NCBI GenBank assembly: GCA_964106915.2
Contig: OZ066920.1
Direction: 5' to 3' (one strand)
Source: Podarcis gaigeae
Taxonomy: Eukaryota
DNA length: 64,000 nucleotides
The notes beneath the pieces are model-generated. The model ran no database searches, was not told where the DNA came from, and was given only the letters and a program-made list of their open reading frames with translations. Positions within the stretch are counted from its first letter, which is position 1. The number at the start of each line of letters is the position of its first letter. Both the position numbers and the translations under genes were made by a program. This document shows, piece after piece, positions 1 to 8,906 of the stretch.

Positions 1-279
1 ATGCTAAATCTAGAAAACGGGAAACTGGTAGTGCAAACAAAAGGGGGGGGGAGAGAGAAACGATTTTCTCGTTGAGTTTGGGATTTCAGCTAATGCAACT
101 TTTTGCCTAGCCTGCCGTTGACACATCCAGCCCGGCAGGTGTCAGTATAGCCTGTGAATCGCCGCGCTCGGGGCTGGGCAGGAAGCTTCTCCTTCCCCTC
201 CCCCTCCTCTCCGGCGCCCGCGCGCGTGCTCGCGCCCGGCCGCACGCCCCCGTCTCCCTTCCTTCCCCGTCTCCCCCGT

Positions 280-549
280 TCTTTGCCTGCTGTCACTAAG
301 AGCCAGACTAGCTGCAGACAGGCAGCAGCCAGAGGAGGGGGAGGAGGAGGAGGAGGAGGGGAAAGGAGGAGGAGGAGGAGGAGAGACTGGGAATGAGTTG
401 GAAGCAGACGCAGCCTCAGCGCGCAGATCTGCCCTGCCGGAGACAGACAGAGCGGGGAGGGGGCAGGATAAAAAGGACCTCTCCTGCTCTGCATAAGGAA
501 AGCCCGCCTGCCGGCGCCTCAGGGGCGAGATGTAGGGCTTGCAGGAAAG
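280..549 (+). other. Putative non-coding first exon (5' boundary uncertain)
   Basis: Consensus 5' splice site AAG|GTGAGT at 549/550 inside the CpG island; contains ATG-TAG start-stop at 530-535; TSS cannot be placed from sequence alone. Confidence 0.55.
331..384 (+). repeat. (GGA)n purine tract
   Basis: agaggagggggaggaggaggaggaggaggggaaaggaggaggaggaggag seen directly. Confidence 0.9.
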
Positions 550-969
550 GTGAGTGTGCGCGGACAACCTGCCGGGCTCTCCCGTCCTTGGCTGGGCAAG
601 CGGAGATGCCGCCGCCGCCGCCGCGCGCGCAGGGAAAGGGGGAGTCCCCGCGCTTGAAGGAGTTCCTCCAGCACCACCTAGACAGCCAGAAAGTGTCTGA
701 CAAAGTGAGGAGAGGCCCAAGTTGAAGGTCTGCGGCTCTTAAAGGGACACGGGCACTCTTCTCGGGGGTTGCCCCAGAACAGAAGGTGCTTCTCTCCTCT
801 CTCTCTCCCCCTCTCCTTTGTGTCTTTGGCACGCAGGCAAAGTGCGTGCAGGAGCGGCGAGTGTGTGGCTGGATGCATGTACCGCACGCCTCATGTGAAC
901 AGAAGCACACACGTTAGACGGGGACTGCCCGCACACGCACACAGCCGAGACGTTTGGGTTGTTCATATG

Positions 970-1003
970 GCACGCGCGCACGCACACACACACACACACA
1001 CAT
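970..1003. repeat. Alternating purine-pyrimidine (CG/CA)n tract
   Basis: gcacgcgcgcacgcacacacacacacacacacat. Confidence 0.9.
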
Positions 1004-1224
1004 CCATATCCGGACTGCACATTCCAGTGGGTCCTTTCCCGGATTGGCGTAATATCCATCCAGGAGGAAAGAGGCATCTGTCTTGCAGGAGCTGAAATGA
1101 AAGTAGCAAACTGGGAACGAAATTCTATCAGGGCTTCCCTCCCATCCGTTGGTATTCCTCTTACCTTGTCAGCCAGGGGTTTGGTTACAAGCTGTGACAT
1201 GTAGTTAATCACCCTGGCATCACT

Positions 1225-1226
1225 CT

Positions 1227-1305
<79 letters not shown>
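1225..1305 (+). repeat. (TTTC)n microsatellite
   Basis: About 19-20 TTTC units. Confidence 0.97.
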
Positions 1306-1306
<1 letters not shown>

Positions 1307-1748
1307 TTTAAAATCAAGTGATTCTTTTTGTCTTCCCTGGCAGGGCTTTTTGGATGGTTCTCTGTGCATTAAGGTTTCACCTAGGTACTGTACATTGTTT
1401 TGTTGGGGAATCTTCCCAGCTGAGGATAAAGCTGGAAAGTGGTTCATATGCATTTCCTGATTTGCGCCTGTGGTTTTGAAGGGGCTGCTTTGGAAATCTA
1501 GATACAGTTTAAGCTGGTGCCGCAACATCTCATGTCACTGCAAAGCAAAGCTTTTTATTGCAGGACCACTTAATATCTATGAAACGTAATAGAGAGATGA
1601 GGCAGGTTGAGGAATTGTTTTAAAGCTAATACTTGGAAACATTTTTTTAAAACTGTGCATGTTGTTGTTGGGAATGCTTAATTTTGCACGTCAGACAGTA
1701 AAAATATGGATGCATCAAATGGTTCTGTGGTCCAGAGATGTCCCAAGA

Positions 1749-1788
1749 GGTATCTGAAGAAGTGTGCATGCACACGAAAGCTCATACC
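1749..1788 (+). ncRNA. Minimal type I hammerhead ribozyme motif
   Basis: Stem I GGTAT(1749-53)/ATACC(1784-88); core CTGAAGA(1754-60) plus one extra A; stem II palindrome GTGTGCATGCACAC(1762-75); GAAA(1776-79); palindromic AGCT stem III; NUH = CTC with predicted cleavage after C1783. Confidence 0.85.
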
Positions 1789-1873
1789 AAGAACTGACTT
1801 AGTTGGTCTTTAAGGTGCTACTGGAAGGAATTTTTTTTGTTTTGACTATGGCAGACCAACACGGCTACCTATC
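1750..1873 (+). mobile_element. Penelope-like element terminal (pLTR) fragment
   Basis: Matches recalled reptile Penelope pLTR motifs (ctgaagaagtg...cacgaaagctcata, taaggtgctactgga, cagaccaacacggctacc); flanked by 11-bp direct repeat TGTCCCAAGAG at 1739-1749 and 1874-1884. Confidence 0.8.
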
Positions 1874-2304
1874 TGTCCCAAGAGATTGTTATAGAAGTGG
1901 CTGCCTGCTGTAAACTATCAAAGGAATTATGCATGCAACTTTTTAAAAGAGAGACTCAGATGATAAGCATCCACTGAGAAGTCTGTACTTAGGGAATGTC
2001 AGTACTTGCAGAATTGGCTTGTGCTTTCCCCCACATTTCTTTTATGGGGGTTCTTACCTTGGCTTTACCTTTTGGTAGAGCATATGCTGATGGGATGAGC
2101 TGGGAAAGTGAGTTCTGTTCTTTGGTGTAGATTTTTATGTGTCTAGGTAGATGAATTTCCTATGTCAGTGGAATGATTTTAATGGAGTGTTGTGTGGGGT
2201 TATATCAATACCAAAGCCAACAGTCTTATGTGTGTTACTTTCAACTTTTGACCTTTAATTCTTGAAAGTTTTTCAGAGTGCATCGTCCAGTGTGTAAATC
2301 AGGG

Positions 2305-2400
2305 ACAGGGGACATGGTATGTTGTTGAACTTCAACTCACACCATCCTTTGCCATTGGCTGTTCTCACTGGGGCTGGTTGGAGATGAGGGACCACAAGTC
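2305..2400. mobile_element. Degenerate hAT-type palindromic MITE
   Basis: Remnant motifs atgttgttgaacttcaactc...catcc...cattggc...ggggctg of the family seen at 21087 and 49778. Confidence 0.45.
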
Positions 2401-2450
2401 CCTTGGAGTTAGTGGTGCCAGTGGTACAATTATTTACTGAGCAATTTCCA

Positions 2451-3216
2451 GTACAGTTCTATTCATGTCTACTTAAACTCATACATCGCTTAACTGGAGC
2501 TTAGTCACAGGTCAGTGGGTATAGGATTGCATCCTTAATGTGGTAAGGAAAGGAACTTCAGGTGTTGTGAAATGTTACTACGGTACTTTAGAATGGGTAC
2601 TATCACTTTTGCTTGCTTTTAGTGTCTGTGTTTATTAATATGAATTAATAATTTAATTGCAAGTTTCCTGAAAAATAAAGGCATAGGAAGTATCTCAGGC
2701 AGTTTTTATATCTGCTGGAAGCTGCCCAGAGTGGCTGCAGCAACCCAAGCAGATGGGCAGAGTATAAGAATGATAATGTCAAAGAACTAATTTTGCATTT
2801 AAGTATCTGACAGTCCTACATATGTTTACATAATACAGCCCAGCACTGTATTAAATGGAACTTACTCCCAGGTAAGGTGCATAGGATTGCAATCTATGGG
2901 GTTACAGTCAACTAAATTCTACTCAAAGTAGACCCATTGAAATTAATAGAACACTAACATTTGTTTATTTTGAATAGGAGTAGCTTTGAGTGCAACCCTA
3001 AGAATATGATTACTTGTAACTATAGATTAATGTAGTGAAGAGACTGGCTTTTGGGAGAAGGGTTCTAAATTGGCACGGTTTCAACTTTTTCCTATTTCTG
3101 ATTGCTAGGGTAACATGCCAAAGTGATTATCACAGTACAATCCTATACATGTCTACTCAGAAGTAAGTGAGCTCAGTGGGATTTATTCTCAAGGCAAGTG
3201 GTATAGAATTGCAGCC
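2451..3216. mobile_element. Cluster of short (~85-100 bp) palindromic MITE-like repeats
   Basis: Three copies of the family tacaatcctatacatgtctactcagaagtaag...cttactcccaggtaag...ataggattgcagcc at ~2451-2534, ~2810-2892 and ~3135-3216; a related ggg..caactaaattctactcaaagtagacccattgaaattaat..caaccc element at ~2899-2998; a short L2 3' tip at ~2716-2770. Confidence 0.65.
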
Positions 3217-3783
3217 TGTCTATTTAACAGAAGGTTTATATTCCAGTTAGCGCTGTTGCTAATTATATTTGTTTGCAGATGGTACAATTGTTTTTCAGGT
3301 ACTTGGAAGCATGTAAACAGTGCCGTTACCCTGTTGCTTGAAATACAGTGGATAGTTTATTGGGCAGGACATTATGGGAGACAGCATATATTAAAACTAG
3401 TGAATGTCCCTACTTAGTTGCCAGATGAAATAGTGACAAAATGTTCTGCACGTCTATATCTGTACTGGTGTTTTCAGCACAAAGTATTGAGTTACTGACT
3501 GTGAGTGTGCCACAAGATTCTGTAGTATCAAAATCTCAACTGCAACGTATCCTATATGCTTGTATATATGAAGACGTATCTCTTCGCAATGTATTCTGCT
3601 GTTGACTCCCAGGTCAGTGGATTTGTAGGCATTTCCTTATTCCCTCTCCCTCTCTGTCTTTTATCAGGTGCTATATGCTTCTAATAATATAGAGTTCAAT
3701 ATAAAGTTGGTGGGGGCCCAGACCTCCAAGGGCAATAACATTGGCATTGATTAGATTTACAGTGTAGGTAACTTTGCTTTTAG

Positions 3784-4133
3784 GGGACGTGGGTGGCACT
3801 GTGGTCTAAAACACAGAGCCTAGGGCTTGCCGATCAGAAGGTCGGCGGTTCGAATCCCCGCAACGGGGTGAGCTCCCGTTGCTCAGTCCCTGCTCCTGCC
3901 AACCTAGCAGTTCGAAAGCACGTCAAAGTGCAAGTAGATAAATAGGTACAGCTACGGCAGGAAGGTAAACGGCGTTTCCGTGCGCTGCTCTGGTTCGCCA
4001 GAAGCGGCTTGTCATGCTGGCCACATGACCCGCAAGCTGTACGGGTCCCTCGGCCAGTAAAGCGAGATGAGTGCCGCAACACCAGAGTCGTCCACAACTG
4101 GACCTAACGGTCAGGGGTCCCTTTACCTTTAAC
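3784..4133 (+). mobile_element. Sauria SINE, full length
   Basis: tRNA-like head with A box (gtggcactgtgg) and B box (ggttcgaatccc), body ...gtgcaagtagataaataggtac..., tail cctttaccttta; 12-bp TSD CTTTGCTTTTAG at 3772-3783 and 4134-4145. Confidence 0.93.
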
Positions 4134-6471
4134 CTTTGCTTTTAGCTGTTGACGTCCTTTTCCCGCGTTGTGTATTTAGTTGGCAGGCAGGTTTGTTTCT
4201 TTCCTGAAGGAGGTGGCCTAGCCTGGCTCTGTGTTCAGCTCACCTGCCCTTTCTCCGCAGGGTCAGGATTTGTGCTTCTGTGAAAACTAAGCTACCAAAA
4301 CTTTAAAGAGTATGAGATGAAGCGATGTGAAGGCCAGTGCGCGTGCTGCCACAGCTGCCCTGCTGCCCTGCTGCTCTCTTGCCCTGCTGAGGGAACATGC
4401 CCAGAGCATCCCGACCCCAGCCCAGTACTTGCCTTAACTCTCTACAGCAGATTTGCTTGTCAGTTCAAGCCAATATGTGGAATGCAGACACCTTCCCACT
4501 GCCTTCTGGATCTTGTTCACCCTTAGAGTTTCAGGGCCAGCATTGTGACAGGGGCTCTCTGTCATTAGTTATTGCCGAGAGGACAAATTCTATTGTAAGT
4601 TTTTTCTATCAGAGTCCCATTTCTCAGTCGTCTTCTTTTTGTTTTTCTGCTTTGCCTTTGGAAACTTTGCCCCTTATCTGTCTCATGAGGCTTAGCTTTC
4701 CTGTCGTTGGTCTTCTTGCAGATGTCCATTCTAGCTACTTCCATCTCTAAGGCAGATGTGGACTTTTGATCCCATCCAAACCAACCACTTGATGCCTTTT
4801 AAAGGAGGGGGCATCTTTATGTCTAGGATAGGCTAGTTTTCTTGATGGTTTTTTTGAGTCATCATAGCAGCTTATCCAATTGCTGTGTGTTTTCACTACC
4901 ATGGTTTTCTAAAACCTAATGGTTTTCTAATATTCTCTCTTCAGACTGATTTGTAGCATTCCTGGAAAAGTTAAACTTTTGAGCGTGGTGCTTGGAGGTA
5001 CTTGAGGTGTGTCTGTGCTTTATCATTTTTTTCCTACCTGATTTTTGTGCGTGCTGGTTCTTTAAAATCTACGTTCTGAGTTCTGTGTAAATATTATTGG
5101 AACTGTGCACCATATGTGGAAGTATATAAAACCATTCGTATGCTGTTGGTGGGTTCTTGTTCTCGGTTTGGATTTCTTAACATTGTTTTTATTATAGTGT
5201 TAATTCAAGATTAAGGAAAATAATTCAAAGGGAATATTTGCACTTGACATAACGCATAACCTCTTCTATAGCATTTGCTTCTTGGTGGGTGAGTGCTATA
5301 CTTGAAAGGCCTATGGTTTGGGAGTAGCATCATTTGTGTATGTTATTATCCACAAGGGAGACAACACATTTTGAAAGGTTTTCAGGCAATTATTCCAGGC
5401 TTGGTCTATATAACTGTTGAATTTGCCAGTGGCACCCAGCCAACATCAGCTGTTTATTAAATGACCTGATGCCAGTGCACTGGTGCATCCGCTGTTAAGG
5501 ATCCAACCTGTCTTGTCTAAAAGTTCTTATACACATTTCCCCTCCTTTCCCCCAAATAATTGCTGTTTCTAAGAATAGCCTGTTTGCCTTGGAGATTGAC
5601 CAGGTAACAGATTTCTAACATAGATGCACCTTTTTCTTGTTCGTAATAAACAACACAAGAAAGAACACAATCCTCTGTTCCTGAATGCAAGATCCTTGTG
5701 GGTTTTGTGCACTCAAGTAAGAGGAAATAATTAGGGTGATGCTAAAACATAGTTAAACTATTTTATACATATTTATGTATCTGTATTCGTGCTTTTTAAA
5801 TGTAATGTTTGTATGATACTTATGTGGAATTGGCTTGCAACATTTTGTGCTATTATTAATAAAAAAGGAACATTATCAACAGATGGCACATCCAACATCT
5901 TGTGTTTCACACATTCACTGGAAAAGATGGAAAGGATAAGAAGGTCAGATTTCACAATAGAAGGAAGAGGAGATAATGTGTACAGGCCATCTTACCTCTG
6001 ATACCATCCTTGTTCCCTAGTTCTGAAATGTCCCCTAACAATTAATCAAGGCAATGATGGATGTCATTTTCTAGGCTTTCCGCAGAAGTTGGTAGTTGTG
6101 TCTGCATTATAAATCCAGCTGCATGAATATGTTGTTAAGAGATGCTTGGGATGTATGAGTTCATCTAAAGCATTAATGCCATTGATTTAATTGCACTAAA
6201 GCCAAAGAGAAGATGTTATCATGTTTATTTACAATTTTAAGGAAGAATTTAATAAAGAAAGGATTGTGTCTGTGCAGTACTTGCCTTATTGTTTATGATA
6301 TCTCTTACAAATGGTGCCACTGCTTCACCTACCATTTTCTTTTGGGTCTCCACTGTGCTATGAAGATAGCTGTAGTTGCGTACAGCTGAATAAAAGTTTT
6401 GATTCTATTGCTTAACAGCCTTTGATTGCCACCGGTGTACTTTATATTTTACATCTGTTTCCTAAATTATC

Positions 6472-6518
6472 AATCAATCAATCAATCAATCAATCTTTAT
6501 TACGGTCCAGAGACCCAA
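6472..6518 (-). mobile_element. Ultra-short 5'-truncated non-LTR retroelement tip with (ATTG)n tail
   Basis: Minus strand ttgggtctctggaccgtAATAAAg(attg)n; 11-bp TSD CCTAAATTATC at 6461-6471 and 6519-6529. Confidence 0.75.
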
Positions 6519-6558
6519 CCTAAATTATCCATATGTATCATACAGTGTCCCTGTAAGG

Positions 6559-6884
6559 CAGGAGTGGGGTACATTTTTCAGCCTACAGGTCCCATCCCCT
6601 AGTGAGTACCTTGCAAGGAGCAGTGGCTAAGGCAATGGATGTGACTGCTGCCTTAGTACAGTAGCCTAACATCCAGCTTGTAGTCATCTCCACCCCTTCA
6701 TCCAGGCAAGCACAAGGCAGTATTGCAGTTCAAGGACTCATCTAGCTGGTGAAGAGAACTGGAGGGAGTTGTGGAGCAGGGTCAGTGAAGTTTGGCCCAT
6801 GGAGGATGTATGGCTTGCTGAGAGACCTGGGGGGCCAGCTAGAGATGCCTGGAGGGCTGTATATGACACCTAGGTCCAGCCCTG
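6559..6884. mobile_element. Non-autonomous hAT element (MITE)
   Basis: CAGG...CCTG termini; perfect 8-bp TSD CTGTAAGG at 6551-6558 and 6885-6892. Confidence 0.75.
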
Positions 6885-7207
6885 CTGTAAGGCTTTCAGT
6901 ATTTTGGTTACTTGAGGAGCTGGTAGAGCTTAATCATGCCAAGTGCTGGAGATACCTATAGATCTGGTCCAAATTCTTCTTTTCTGAGGGAAATGGTTTG
7001 GAGTGTTGCTTAACAGGCATTGTTAAATTGCTTAAAATTCTTATAGGAGTATTTGAAGTTTCTAACTGAACAAGACCTGGTAGGGCAACCTGGTCCTAAA
7101 GCTAAAATAGTTGCTTGAGATGGCATTATTCACCAGCAGCTCAATTACCAGTGTTGAGTGGGAAGTTGTCTGAATGGTGGGGTGGGTGTCATGGGTAATC
7201 CATATAC

Positions 7208-7551
7208 TGGCCTTGGTCCAGTATATCCGAAGGAGCGTCTCCACCCCCATCGTTCTACCCGGACACTGAGGTCCAGCACCGAGGGCCTTCTAGCAGTTCC
7301 CTCACTGCTAGAAGCCAAGTTACAGGGAACCAGGCAGAGGGCCTTCTCGGTAGTGGCGCCTTCCCTGTGGAACGCTCTCCCACCAGATGTCAAAGAGAAT
7401 AACAACTACCAGACTTTCAGAAGACATCTGAAGGCAGCCCTGTTTAATGTTTTTAATGTTTGATGTATTATAGTATTTTAATATTTTTTTTTTGGAAGCC
7501 GCCCAGATTGGCTGGGGAAGCCCAGCCAGATGGGTGGGGTATAAATAATAA

Positions 7552-7598
<47 letters not shown>
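7208..7598 (+). mobile_element. L2-clade LINE 3' end with (TTA)n tail
   Basis: ORF 7158-7463 gives GLGPVY..ERL..RTLRS..GLL.VP..GTRQRAFSVVAPSLWNALP..TFRRHLKAALF, typical L2 ORF2 C-terminus; 3' UTR aagccgcccaga..gggtataaataa followed by (TTA)n. Confidence 0.9.
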
Positions 7599-7600
<2 letters not shown>

Positions 7601-7829
7601 TAGAAGAAACTGATGTCAGTAGTAAAATTGGCTGGTTTTTAAAAGATGCATGTTATATTGTAATATATCTGCCAGCACATATATAAGAAAATGAAAACCA
7701 TCCCTTTTGAGTATATGCCAGCACTTATGTCTCATTCCTTTTCTTTTGCAAAACCTATGCAACATGACATGTCCCCCATTTGAAAGTACAACTTGAGTAA
7801 ATCTCTTGCTGAACTTGTTGTTCTTACAG

Positions 7830-8106
7830 GTTTGGAAAGGATGAAGAACTGAAGGGTAATTTCTGTGTTGATTGGCAACGGAGAGCTTTTTTAGATGAAG
7901 TATGGTTACGCTGTGCCAAATGGTTGACTTTTCTAGAAGGAAAAAACTCCAAAGGTTATGTGAAAAGTACTCTGGTTAATATATTGGCATTCCCAGAACC
8001 CACTAAAACTTGGGCAGGTTGCCAGATACCACTTAATGAGGATGCAGAATGTCTGGCACAAATCTGCATAAACACAAAAGAATTTCAGAAAAGGGAGTTT
8101 GTGAGT
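7830..8106 (+). other. Candidate non-coding (5' UTR) exon
   Basis: Acceptor ttgttgttcttacag|G at 7829/7830; tandem donors GTGAGT (8101) and GTAAGT (8107); unique TE-free sequence with several short ATG ORFs. Confidence 0.4.
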
Positions 8107-8344
8107 GTAAGTTGCATATCTCTGTCTACGATTAATTTTTAATTACTATACTTTTGCACTTAAGATAGATGGAAGTCTTTCCAATTAGATTGAGCATTGC
8201 ATACACAACATTTTGTGTCTTTCTGTTTTTGCCTCTCGTTTATATTGTTTGTGGGGAAGTGGAATCAGAGCTGGATGTGTTCTCCAAGCCCACAATCACA
8301 GTGTGCTCACACACACACAGAACAATGGGCTGGATTCAGGATTA

Positions 8345-8433
8345 GGCTGCACTCCTAACCCTGTTTTCCTGTGAGTAAGCAACCGCTGCATTCAGTAGGA
8401 CTTACTGCTGCATAGACATGGTTAAGATTATGC
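8345..8433 (-). mobile_element. Short palindromic MITE-like repeat (family of 3135-3216)
   Basis: ggctgcactcctaa..gagtaagc..gacttact..gtagacatgg..aagattatg is the reverse of the family consensus. Confidence 0.5.
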
Positions 8434-8762
8434 TGTTAGACATGCTTAGAGCAGACCCAATGGAATCAAATTAGTCATCATGACTAGCTTAATGCCGTAT
8501 CCTGAGCTTTCCTTTAAAAACAACAGCAAGTAAGTTCTAGCCCTTAATGCCACAAATAAATGATGTTTTTTTAAAAAGGGTGGAGCCTGCTAAAATATTA
8601 GATGTGGATGTGGTAGGCTGGCTGAGCAGGGTTTCCAGTGTTCAGATATGACTTTTGTATCCTGCATACTCTCTTTGCCCTTTGAAATAAGCAGCAATTA
8701 AGCGAAATATACTCTGATTTTTAAAAATCTGCATAATGTCTCTAAGTTGCAGGAATCTCAGT

Positions 8763-8906
8763 CAGAAGGTCCCAGGTTCATTCCTTGGCACCGCCAGGTA
8801 CAGTTGGGAGAGACACCTGCCTGAAATCCTGTCAGTCAGGGTAGACAACACTGAGCAAGGTGGACCAATGACCTGACTTGGTATAAGGCAGCTTCCTATG
8901 TTCTTA
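8763..8906 (+). mobile_element. tRNA-derived squamate SINE (Squam3-like), 5' truncated
   Basis: cagaaggtcccaggttca B-box region ... gtagacaacactgagc..tggaccaatg..ctgact..gtataaggcagcttcctatgttc tail; related copies at 14905, 29013 and 43530. Confidence 0.7.

Larger units (their letters stand above)
150..1050. promoter_or_regulatory. CpG island / promoter of an unidentified gene
   Basis: Very GC- and CpG-rich (cgcgcgtgctcgcgcccggc, gccgccgccgccgcgcgcgc) against an AT-rich, CpG-poor background; GC-box-like gcggggagggggc at ~452-464 followed by TATA-like GATAAAAAG at ~467-475; (GGA)n tract at 331-384. Confidence 0.85.

Noticed and set aside
90-1528. Many overlapping 80-190 aa ORFs in the CpG island
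   Set aside because: Products are low-complexity translations of GC-rich and microsatellite sequence (poly-P/G/S, KERK, HT repeats) with no recognisable domain
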